From the NCBI RefSeq assembly GCF_000281045.1, contig NW_008246139.1, forward strand, positions 89,362-153,361: a DNA stretch of 64,000 bases, read 5' to 3'. Source of the stretch: Saprolegnia diclina VS20. Lineage: Eukaryota. This document shows positions 10,402 through 20,987 of the stretch, piece by piece. Numbering within the stretch: the stretch's first letter is position 1; each line of letters begins with the position of its first letter. The translations under genes and the position numbers were made by a program. The notes below the pieces were generated by a model. The model saw only the letters and a list, made by a program, of their open reading frames with translations. It ran no database searches and was not told the origin of the DNA.

Positions 10402-12023
10402 TTATACAGCTGGTCCACTGGGTCCACTGGGTCCACTGGGTCCACTGGGTCGATCGCGGAGCTGGACGTTCTCAAGCTCGACTTGATGCAGTCGCTCAAA
10501 GACACCGAGCATGCATTTCTAGGCATTTGTCGTGATGACGCATGATCGTCATGACCCGTCTTACATCGATCTGGTCGTCGATCGCATCCCGCTCCCGGAC
10601 ACCGTCGACCACCGTGCTGATCTCGTCTTGGAGCATCTTTTGGGCGACGTACGCGTCGCAGTTTTGCTTCTCCGTCTCGAATCTACCCGCCTCCAAGCGT
10701 CAAGGTGTCCCTGTGGCACGTTCTGGACGTACAACTTCATGTTGAAGAGCATGGCTTCTTGGTCGCGCTCGCCCTCGACGGCCGCGAGGCGCTGTTCCAT
10801 GAGGCTCAGCATCGCGCGTGCCTGCTTGTCGACCTACATACATGGCTCACGGGTGATGCTATGCACGAAACTACCGACATCGGCGCTGCTCGAGAGCGTC
10901 CGCGTTTTCTGCAAGAGCAATTTGTCGTAGCTCTGCTTCATGCGCAAGTAGTTAGTGCGCTGTCGCTTGGACTCGTCGACGGCCTCCTACGTGCGCCTCA
11001 TGCGGTCACGACCCTATACAAGGAGAAAGCGACGGACCTGCAGCCGCTTCTGAAGTCGAGGAATCACGTTGGTTTTGGTCTCGACCTAGTTCATTGCCAT
11101 GTCTCTAGTCGCGTGGAGCGCTTGTTGCGTCGCCTACGGTCTCGGGGCGCGCTTTGAGCAGCTCGTCCACCTTGGCACGCAGCTCTCGGATCGTCTTGTC
11201 TTGCTCGGCCGCAAGGAATTGGAGGTAGTCGTCCTTCTTGGCGCCAATCGCCTCGACTGTTGCGACCGTCGGCGGATGCACCAGCGTTGACGTCCTGCCC
11301 CATCTTCTCTGATAGAGTACAAAAGCAAAGGGACGTACGGCGGTGGAGCAGGGCTAGGGTCGTGCCGCCGGACGGCTTCGTCTTTGGCGGCGGCCAGTGC
11401 CTTTTCCAAGTCGAGGTTCTTCTTGTAGAGCTTGCGAATGACGGCTTCGGCAATCTGCAGCTTCTTCTCGGGCGACGGCGGCTCGGGCTCAAGAGTACTG
11501 GGGGTCGGCACGTGGACGGCTTGCGTGGGTGTCGGACGACTATGTTCGCATAACGTAGCAGCGAGGTGCCTCGAACTCTACCTCGTGTGTAGCTGGCCCT
11601 TGATCGAGTGCAGCTCTTGCATCGCCACCTGCAAGGACGCTGTGGCACCGCTCACCGCGTTCGGTTTATACCTCGAATTTGTGAGGGACGTTGCCGTCCA
11701 GGAGAGGAAGAGTTGGCTGGTCGTCGTGGATCTCTTGGTTCATTGGCCGACGGGCTTTTACTTGCTACGATGCATGCTTACGACGCGAGATTGCTGATGC
11801 TGGATGCGCATACTGGTGGGGGCTGTGTCTTGTGTCGTGCGGGGGGCGGGGGCTTGATCGGCTTGGTGCGCGCAGTGGTTGTCGACGCTGGCAACGTCGT
11901 CGGGTGACCTGCCATGTTGGTGGAGGTGAAGAAGCCGCCCTTGCAATGCATCGAGCGCTGGGCGGGAAGGAAGAAGCCGCCGCCAAAGCTGCCAGAGGAG
12001 GCGACATCCTTGGGTCGGCTCAT
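10402..12023 (-). CDS. Multi-exon coiled-coil hypothetical protein
   Basis: Chain of short exons separated by ~40-50 nt GT-AG introns; segments such as AEAVIRKLYKKNLDLE and MLSLMEQRLAAVEGERDQEAMLFNMKL; ends PSGPSGPSGPSGPAV*. Confidence 0.65.
10412..10447. repeat. 9-bp tandem repeat GGTCCACTG x4
   Basis: Directly visible; encodes (PSG)x4 at the end of the minus-strand gene. Confidence 0.9.
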
Positions 12024-12056
12024 GGCATGTAGCGTAACTGCAACTCAACGCTAAAA

Positions 12057-13950
12057 ATGAAGGTGGCGTGGGCCGATGTCGAGATCATTTGCGTCGACGA
12101 GCATTTGACGTCCATCGACGCTGTCGAGAGACTCGTCGTCGACCGCGTGCAGCACCTCAATGTCTCGGTACCAACACGAAGGACGATACGATGTCTCTAC
12201 TGTGTACTACTACACGTAGTTCAACCTCCTCACGGATTTGGCCAGCCTTCACGCCGTACGTAGAGCGTAGCACCAAATACTTCATTATAGTACGACCGCG
12301 TAGGCTACAAATCTTCGCGTCCTCAACGTTATGCACAACCACCTTGCGTCGTTGGACGGGGTCGCGCCACTACTGCAGCTGCGGACACTCAAGGTCGGAC
12401 ACAACCGAATCGCGCATCTCGGCGCTGCCTTGGAGAAGCTCTCGCAGCTCCAAGAGCTATGGCTCGACCACAACCGCATCGAACTCTGTGAGCTGCCGCG
12501 CTTCCAGGCGCTGTCTGAGCTTCAGACGCTCGTGCTCGAGCCGAATCCGTGCTGCAAAGAGCCTTCGTACAAGTACGTTCGATCGCTGCAGACTTGAGGT
12601 AGTGGGATGACATTCTGCTGTCGTAGGCTGTACCTAATCAACTGTCTTCCGTCGCTTCGCCGCCTCAACGGCATGCACGTCACCGACGACGTGCGACAGC
12701 GCGCTGCGGCATTTCGTGCCAGTGCCGAAGGCCGGGCGTTCGAGCGGCTCGTGCAGAGCAGCAGCACAAACAGCGCCAAGGCGACTAGCAAGGCCAAATC
12801 GATGAACGAGCGTGAAGCCAAAAAGGGGCGACCTGACAAGGTTCCACCCTCGTCAACACCGCACGAACCTAGCCGTAGCAACAACAACAGTATGGACCAC
12901 GAGACGGAGGACAGAACCATCTCTGAGGCACCAGCATCACCCCCTCCAAAGCTTCCGACACGGCGCTTGCCTCTGAAAACCAAGGGCCATCGCAAATCGC
13001 CGCTGCCATTCGACGTCGAGAGCTACCCGATTCAAGACTATATGCCAGCTACAACGTCTCCGCCAGAAGGGGCACCGACTATCGATGTCATGCAGGGAGG
13101 CGCCGTCGTCGCGCTGTCGATCGCCGATGCTGTCGGCGGTCTTCCCGTGTTTGGAACTACCAAGCCGCTGAAGAAACCATCCGCACAAGTGCCTCTAAAG
13201 ACCAAAAAATCGAGTCGAGCGCTGCCACCACCCCAGCCCGAGACGGTCGACGACTCGAATCAAGTTGATGCTGGAAGGCGCGACGAAGACGATGACGACA
13301 TTCTCGACATGGAGGCCTACGTGGCACCAAAGCCAGCCCTTCCCGCAAGCGCACCACCCAGGCAAGCCGAGTACAGCTTCAAGTACCCTGGCTCCACCGT
13401 CACGGGCGTGCACATTCGATGCGACGGCTCCGCACTCGCGCGCTGGCCCAACGGCGCCATCGCAGCGACGGTCGACCGAGATGTCGACGGCTCGTCGCGC
13501 ATCTACGGAACGTACAAGGACGGCTCGCTTTTGCTGAATTTTGACGGACACGGTGCAGGGTTTGTCAACTACGCCAACGGCAAGACAATGCTCTCGACAT
13601 CTGCGGCCGGCGACGGTCTCTACCTCAGCGCCGAGAACGGTGGCATCCTCGCTTCATGGAATAAGAGCGACGGGTCGCAGTGGCGGGACGTGACTGCCAA
13701 GCTCAGCGAGAACGTCGGCGTCGGTCTCACGCGGTTGCCACGGGGCGAGTTGCGTATCGACGTGTACCTCGTGTGCAACGCGCTGCGGGCGCGCGTCACC
13801 AACGGCTACAACCTCGCGATGGCCACCGGCGACGACTGCAGCTCTCTCTTTGGCAAGCCACAAAGCGCCAAGAAGAAGGCAGTGCGCCCCAAGCTGCCGC
13901 ATGCCGACCTCGTCTCGGAGATCCGCGCGGCAGCCGCCAAGCTTTTCTAG
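12057..13950 (+). CDS. SDS22-like LRR protein with LRR-cap and a C-terminal FAM194/ERICH6-like domain (multi-exon)
   Basis: LxxLxLxxNxI repeats; NPCC...YLINCLPSLRRLNG cap; C-terminal WPNGAIA / YKDGSLLLNFD / GFVNYANG pattern. Confidence 0.75.
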
Positions 13951-14085
13951 TCGACCTCCTGTACGATTACTGATCGTACTATATACTGTACCAAACGATT
14001 AGGTCCATTGCCTCTCTTCACACAGACAATGCTAACAAAAAAGGACATGTAACAGGGGTTAGGGTTGAAAGCGGGTTAGGGCGGC

Positions 14086-15441
14086 TTAGTGTTCCGTCTG
14101 CAGCTGTTCGTACGTCTTGGTGCGCTGCCGTGAGTGCTTGTGCAGCACGACGAGCGAGACCACGAGCACGCAGCTCACGATGAGGCCAATGACGGCGAGC
14201 GGCTTGGCGGCCGCATCGACGGACGAGACACCATTGTGGTTGAGGCGGAGCGACACCACCTGCTTGTCGGCGAGCCAGGGCAAGTCGGGGTGCTGCTGGG
14301 TCACATACTCGAGCAGCGTCATGCTTTCGCCCGTGAGCTCGTTCATGAGCGGCGTGCCACCGAGGTACGACGTGTCCTTGGCGTCACCAAACTGGTTGCG
14401 GTCGTTGGCGCTGATCCACTGCGTCACGAGCTGAAGGAGCTGCGACTCCTCGTAGACATGGATCACCTCGTACGTATGCGTCCAGGGCTGCACAAAGATG
14501 GAAATCAGGTACGTCTTGAGCGCGTTTGGGGCGCACGTGCAGGTCGGGCCCGTGCTCAGCGCCGAGGCCACGGCGCAGCCTTCAACGTTGAAGCGGTACG
14601 TAGTGCCGGCGACGACTTGGGTCGCGACCGCCAAGAACGACGAAACGCAGACGTGGGCGTGCGACGTGTCGTTGGTCAGCGCATTGTAAAAGTCGTCTTT
14701 GGCTTCGCTGTTCATCTCGGCGTGCTTCCAGCTGCCAGCAAGCGGGGCTGCTGACTCGACCGAAAGCACCTCGTACGTATGTGTCCACGACTGCGCGTAG
14801 AGACCAATCTTAAACGGCATCGACGACGCACAGCTGCAGCCGCGCGTGGCCGCGACCGCGTTGGGCACTTGGCAGCCAAGCACGTCGAAGCGGTAGTTCA
14901 TGCCCGAGACGACCTGCTGGTGGACGTGCTCGATCGACGTGACGCAGACATGCGCCGTGTTGCTGTTCTTGTACGACGTTTCTTGCGAGAGGCCATTGTA
15001 GAGGTCGTCGGCCGCATCCTCAATGTCGCCTTCCTTCCAGCCGCCGACAAGCACCTCGGGCGGCGCGTCTTCCATCGCGACGGCCTTGAGCTCAAACGCG
15101 TTCGAGCCGAGCGGTGCAAAGACGTCGATCGCGTAATTGATCTGATCCTTATCGGTCGGCGGGCAGAACGTGGCCGGGCACGACTCGAGCGTCTTCGCCT
15201 TGTTGTTCACGGGGCAGCCCACGACGTGGAACTTGTACTTGATGCCAGCGACCACCTGCTTTTGGACCGACGAGATGCCCGTGACGCACACGAACGCCGA
15301 GCTCGCGTTCTGGAAGGCGCCGTACAGCGCGGGCTTGGCGTCTTCAATGGAGGTTTGCGACCAGCCGCCAACTAGGCCATGCGTAGCGGCGCCTGCGGAC
15401 GCGACGGCCATCGCGCTCAGGAGCATGCGCAGCGCGACCAT
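14086..15441 (-). CDS. Type I membrane protein with three cystatin (EPIC-like) domains
   Basis: Signal peptide MVALRMLLSAMAVASAGA; three G(G/S)W...QVV(A/S)G units; C-terminal TM helix PLAVIGLIVSCVLVVSLVVL followed by a short basic tail. Confidence 0.85.
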   Translation of the reverse strand: MVALRMLLSAMAVASAGAATHGLVGGWSQTSIEDAKPALYGAFQNASSAFVCVTGISSVQKQVVAGIKYKFHVVGCPVNNKAKTLESCPATFCPPTDKDQINYAIDVFAPLGSNAFELKAVAMEDAPPEVLVGGWKEGDIEDAADDLYNGLSQETSYKNSNTAHVCVTSIEHVHQQVVSGMNYRFDVLGCQVPNAVAATRGCSCASSMPFKIGLYAQSWTHTYEVLSVESAAPLAGSWKHAEMNSEAKDDFYNALTNDTSHAHVCVSSFLAVATQVVAGTTYRFNVEGCAVASALSTGPTCTCAPNALKTYLISIFVQPWTHTYEVIHVYEESQLLQLVTQWISANDRNQFGDAKDTSYLGGTPLMNELTGESMTLLEYVTQQHPDLPWLADKQVVSLRLNHNGVSSVDAAAKPLAVIGLIVSCVLVVSLVVLHKHSRQRTKTYEQLQTEH

Positions 15442-15966
15442 GCTCGTAGCGTTGGGTAAGATTCGGAAATGCAGTGCGATGGCCATTTTTTATACCACCG
15501 TCCAGAGTTTTAATTCCATTTCCGATTATTTGACCTAGTATTACTATGCAACATTAAACATTAAACATTAAAATGTGATGCTTGGAGACGATGGGATTAA
15601 AATATATCGGGTTTGCCAGATCGCCAGTTTGGCTGCGCAGCTGGCAGTTCGATGCACCGACTAATCGACTAATCGCAGCAAGTACGTCGACTAACTAAAC
15701 CAACCGGGGACTGCGCATGCAAGGAGTACTAGCAGCATCTGGCATGGGCGTGCGAGTATCTATCTACGAGCAAAATTCTACGAGCGCTGGCGCCTGGTGA
15801 AGAGGCTGCGTCGCGCGGCTGCCGTTCTGGCGCATGTACTGGCACCGTGCTAGCCTCCGACCAGGGTTGATCTGAGTGCTTGACTAGAAGACTTGACCAG
15901 AGCTTGACCAGAGTATCGTTGATACGAGTTACAAGATATAACCATGAAGAGACGGAGTTGTTGTCA

Positions 15967-16857
15967 TTAGTACAGGCAGGCAGCGGCGATGGCTAGCGAA
16001 GCCAGTGCAACCGAGGTGGGCGCTGCGCTGGACGGCTTGGCCGTCGGTGCTGCGGTCGTCGTGTTGCCACCAATCGCGCTGCCCGCGCTGCTACCGTTGG
16101 TCGCTGTTGCAGAGACAAAGGTCCCGTCGGCCTTGGCCTGGAGCGAGCCGCTGACCTCGAACCCGCCCGTGAGGCTCGCAAATACCTTGACTTGGTAGCT
16201 GCTCGAGTCCTTCCCCGCGCACGTCGCGTTGCAGGACGTGAGAGACGACTCGGGCGAGGCCTTGGGCAGCGCGCAGCCCTTGACGCTGTACACGAGGTTC
16301 TGGCCCGCGACGACCTGCTTGCTGACCGTCAAAATATCGGTGGGGCACACGCGGGCGACCGCGGCGCCCACGTAGTTGGCCTCCGTGCGGGTTGCGTTGA
16401 AGTAGAGCGCGACGTCCTCGGCGGTCGGCGCCGTCGGCGTCGAGAAGCCGCCGACAAGCCCGGCCGGGTCGTCTGAAGTCGCCCCCGAGACCGTCGGCAC
16501 GATACGCGTGATGAGTGTCTCGTTGCCGGGCCGTGCAAAGAGCGAAATCGTGTAGCCCGTCGCTGCTTCGGTGCAGGCGCAGGCCGATGTGGTCGCCGCC
16601 TCCGTCTTGACAGCGCAGCCCTGGACGTCGAGCTTGTACTGGATGCCGGCGACGACCTTCTTGGAGGCAGAGACAAAGGTCGTCGCGCAGACGCGCGGGC
16701 AGCCGTTGCTCGGGTAGCTCGCCGGGAGAATCGAAGCATCTTGGTAGAGCTTCTGGATTTCGGCGACGGTGGCGTTGCTCCAGCCGCCGACGAGGGCCGC
16801 GTCAGCGGTGGCCGAGGCAAGGAGCACGGACGCTGCGAGAGACGTGATCGTGCGCAT
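15967..16857 (-). CDS. Secreted two-domain cystatin, probably GPI-anchored
   Basis: Signal peptide MRTITSLAASVLLASATADA; LVGGW...KKVVAG and LVGGF...KQVVAG; Ser/Thr/Ala stalk; hydrophobic C-terminus. Confidence 0.85.
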   Translation of the reverse strand: MRTITSLAASVLLASATADAALVGGWSNATVAEIQKLYQDASILPASYPSNGCPRVCATTFVSASKKVVAGIQYKLDVQGCAVKTEAATTSACACTEAATGYTISLFARPGNETLITRIVPTVSGATSDDPAGLVGGFSTPTAPTAEDVALYFNATRTEANYVGAAVARVCPTDILTVSKQVVAGQNLVYSVKGCALPKASPESSLTSCNATCAGKDSSSYQVKVFASLTGGFEVSGSLQAKADGTFVSATATNGSSAGSAIGGNTTTAAPTAKPSSAAPTSVALASLAIAAACLY

Positions 16858-17960
16858 CTTGCCGGTAAAAAATCGAATGTGAAAGATGTGTGAGATGGAT
16901 CCGCGCTGCCCACCTGGTTTTGCAGCGCTGCATTCTTGGCATTTGTATCGAAAATGTGGACGGGGCAGCATCTGATTCCTGGTCTGGAGACGACAAAATT
17001 GTCGGTTGCTCGCCAAAATTCAGGGCTGTCAGTGGGCCACCCGGGGTACTCGTGGTCATGCCGCAGGTCGCAGCGCGGTCGAGGCCGACGGGATCGCGCC
17101 GCCGCAGCCCAAGCGTGTGGCATGCGTGAAACAAGCCATAGTGTCTGCATTGCCCAGAGCCGGTCGTTCCTTGCGTGCATATTCGAACACATCGAAGCAG
17201 CAGATGGCGTCTGATTCAAGCTCGCAACGTGGTGCGCGTGTCAGCGCGTATCAGATCTGACACGGGACTTGGGTGCGCCTCTGCCTGCCTCTGCCAGAGT
17301 CTCTTGCAACCAAAAGTAAGACTTGTGACCCCATCATATTTTGTGGCGTCGGACCGAGCCGTGCGTCTGAGATGGGACGACCGGGCAAGCGCCGCTTTCT
17401 CTGGTGTGTGGCAGCTGCGCGCCTCCCACATTCCAGAGTCATGCGCCTTCTTGGCACCGATGGTGGAGCCACTGTCGCGCTTACCATCAACTATTCTCAA
17501 TACGTCATCATTCAATGGCTCGAAAGACAAAATTTGGCTTCTGTGTAATTTCGACGAAATTGGACATTCGCCAACGTCAGCCAGCAGTTTGCGATCGCTA
17601 TACAACGCAATACGGACTCCGTCTTGCCGCAGCGAGCCTCGATACGGATCGCCAAGTCGTCTGAAAGGCTGCTGTTGTGCTGTTTGTGATGGAAGTTGCG
17701 TGGGCGATCATCATTCTGCAATAGAATGCATGCGATGTCATTTCCCACCGTGACGAGACTAAATACACACGTGTGTGAAACTCTCGTTTTGTATATTACG
17801 CAATATGGATTGCTGCAGTGCACCCGAACCATTGGCCAATATTGCGCGGTCGGCCTCTATAAATAGATCAAATCAGACGACTTGGCACTTTTCACGAGGT
17901 GCGAGCGTGTGCTGGCAGCCTCCTGCCACAGGCAGCAGCTCACAGCAATATGTAGGATTC

Positions 17961-18845
17961 ATGGACGCGCTTCTTTCTTCCGAGCTCTCGGCCGAGACGC
18001 TGGCTGCCCTCCAGGCGCACCTCGCTGCGGTTCAAGTCCGCGACGAAGACGACGACGTCTCGGAAGACTTTCGCCTCTCGCAATTGTACGCTGCATTTGT
18101 AGCCAGCTTGCTCACGCCGATCGAATGTAGCTGGTACGACCAAAAGACGGGCGACGCGCTGGCGCTCGAGGCGCTCGAGAAGAGCAAGGGCGGCCCGATC
18201 GCTTTTTTGAGCACGCCCGCAGCCTTCAAGGCGCTCAAGGTACATTTTGACTCGCAAATTGCACTTTGCATTGCGATTGTATGGGATGTAGGCCATGGAA
18301 CCAGAGCGTGACAATGTCTACTTGTTCGAGTACGACCATCGGTTTGGTGACAAGTACGGTGACGCGTTTGCATTCTACGACTACAACAACCCGCTGGACG
18401 TCGACACCAAGTTTCACCACTTTTTCGATTATGTGCTCGTCGAGCCGCCGTATCTGGTGCGCTTCATATTGCAAATGATCTCGGTTGTAGAAATTTGATT
18501 TTTACATTGTGTCGTAGACGTCGCAGTGCTTGCGTGGATTTGCCAAGACGATGCGCCTCATTTCGCGTGAAGTTGATATCGTGGACGGCGTTGAAGTGCT
18601 CAAGACGCCCAACACGTTTATCAACTGTACGTCATATCAACAAGCTTGCAATCAGAAGTGACAACATTGGGCTTGTAGCTGGCGCGATGCACAAGGTCAT
18701 GCTCAACGAACTCAAGCTCGTGCCCAGCGGTTTTGTCCCAACGTTCGAGTCCAAGCTCTCGAACCGTCTCACGACTTATATCAACTACGAGTCGGAGCGC
18801 TTTGGCCCTTGCGACCACACGTTCGATGACGATGTCGAAGAATAG
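17961..18845 (+). CDS. EEF1AKMT1: EEF1A lysine methyltransferase 1 (N6AMT2 family), about 5 exons
   Basis: LSAETLAALQ, EDFRLSQ-WY, LSTP, FEYDHRF, FYDYNNP and EPPYL motifs joined across short GT-AG introns. Confidence 0.88.
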
Positions 18846-19911
18846 AACAATCCACGATGACTTTGGAGCGTATGTACCATTTCTTGGCGGCGCTCCTCTT
18901 GCGTCATCACGGACGTTTTGGCTTGGGTGGAAGCAGCTAGGGCTGGGGTTGTCTGTCCACTGGACTTGTACTCAAGACTGTGCGCATTGCAGAACGCCCA
19001 CATATGCTCATATATAATGGTACGCACAAGTAGCCACGACAATTCGTCACAGCTCTCTAGCATCGACATACAAGGTTGGAGAGCTTCACCAGTGCTCACA
19101 TTCTCATCGCCGTGCAGTACGAAAATTCCACTTAGATCGCTGTGCTGTGTACGCCCGTTCCTCGAGCGGGAGACCCAACGTCCTCTCGTAGGCATGGTAC
19201 AGTCGGCGCGACCCAGCAGTAGCTCATTCCCTTCAGCTACTGGAGCCCGACGGTGACGACGAACAAGAGACTCACAAGACAGATGATGCTTATCTGGGCT
19301 CGAATCGGAATCCTCAACGCCAGACTCACTGCCTCGTTCTCAGTCGTCTGGACTGTGGTCTGGTCGTCACGAGAACCACAATTGTCGAACGTACAGCCAA
19401 CAGTCACGACCATGGTGGACTACCGGTCAACGGCCAATCCGCAACGCCCAATGTGGCCCATCAGCCAAAAAGCATCGGTTTCAGCGACACTCTCGCATGG
19501 TCGACCTCGCTTCGCCGCTGGCGCTCGCTGTCCCTCTTCACTCGCACGACGACAGGTAGACAGATGCCATCACAGGACTCAGATCTCATTGCTGATGCAG
19601 TGGGTCCCGGCCATGTTCGCCGCGTCGAAAGCTGTCGGCTGCCCGCGCCAAGGACCGCGAACTGAGCCGCGAGGTCAAAGACTCACCGCGTCTGTCGCTC
19701 TCACCGGACGCGCTGCGCAAGTTGCACATTTCGATGCCGACGCGCGCCGACGAGAAGCCGCTCGTGCTCTCGGCCCGCGAGACGTCCGAGTGTTTCGTAT
19801 CGCAAATGCTATCCAAGTTTAGTGCGATCTAAGAGAAGCGTGGGCTCTAGTATATAAGTGTACACATTGGACATAACGACTAAACATGCGCGGTTACGAC
19901 GCTTGCAGCGA

Positions 19912-20611
19912 CTAGTTGGCCTTGACGTGCGGAGGGGGCGCAACGAACCCCAAGACACGCACCCACGTGACGAGCAGCACGCCGACCGACGCGACGAGCG
20001 TGACCCACTTGAGCTCGTTCGCGGCCGCGCCCGTGTAGGCGGCGAGGAGCCAATTCATATCACGTAGGCTCTGCTGCAATGTAAAGTCGTACGCTGTAAA
20101 GATATGCGCCGCGTTCTCGAGCAGGTCGGCGACCACCGAGAGAAACGGAAGATACGCGAGCAGCGAGACGGGGCGCCGCAGCCGCATGTAGCCAGCAGTG
20201 ATGAGCGTCGAGAGCAGAAGGACATCTACACAAACGCTTCGCATTCAACGCGCTCGAGCATGGACGTACAGGCCGGCATGTAGAAGAAAATATCAAAGAG
20301 CTCAAAGAGAATGAAATTGCGCCGGGCCACCGGGCCCATGGACGCGTACAGATCGTGGAGCTCGATGGGCGTGTAGCCAAAGCTAACCAAATGAGGCTAC
20401 GTGAAGGCCATGGCAAGAAAGCGTACCGGACGTCGGGCAGCGGGAGGTCGGCGACTTGGCCGTGGGTCATTGCGGCGCCGTCGACGTAGACCTGCCCGAT
20501 CACATTGATGGCGACCGTGACGAGCGCCTCGTAGAGAACAACGAGACCAATGCGCAGGCGCGTCTCGGCGCAGTAGGCGATCGCGTCGGCCGCCACGTCA
20601 AGCAAAGCCAT
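19912..20611 (-). CDS. Uncharacterised multi-pass membrane protein (spliced)
   Basis: Hydrophobic exons with LPDVR...YTP, FDIFFY and ADLLEN blocks. Confidence 0.65.
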
Positions 20612-20620
20612 CTCGAGCGA

Positions 20621-20638
20621 GGAAAATTTCAAAGTGGC
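20621..20638 (-). promoter_or_regulatory. Oomycete Inr/FPR-like core promoter
   Basis: Sense strand GCCACTTTGAAATTTTCC, about 10 nt before the ATG at 20611. Confidence 0.4.
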
Positions 20639-20987
20639 GTTTTTCTAGTCGTGCCGTTTCGACGAAACAGTGTTTCCATACAGTGTAATGCGTTGACGCC
20701 AACGTTGACAAGACACGCGCGACCACCAGGGCGTGGAGCCTGTCCTTCCTGCTCGAAGAAGCGGCTTGTATGGCTTGGTCAATAGCGACTTCATGCTGAC
20801 ACTACATGCCCCTGTATCGGGACTCAACTCGAGTTGGCACACCCGGTGGACGAGCAGTGCACCAGAACTGTGTACCCATAGCACTTCCAGTTGAGTAGCT
20901 CGGTGGAGTTGGTCGGTGGCTTCTGTACTGTCCATACACAGGATCATGTTCACAATGATACAGAATATGTGCTGAACGTCCCATTCA

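Noticed and set aside
14053..14081. Telomere-like GGGTTAGGG pieces (also near 42004, 43217, 46265, 60943)
   Set aside because: Only one or two units each; most coincide with branch points, splice sites or a stop codon; no array
15551..15913. Short duplications (ACATTAA x3, GACTAATC x2, CTTGACCAGAG x2) between the cystatin genes
   Set aside because: Consistent with ordinary slippage; no evidence of function
17175..17753. ORFs of 130-190 aa in the intergenic region (similarly 19253-19822)
   Set aside because: No recognisable domain or typical codon bias; could be decayed fragments but unsupported
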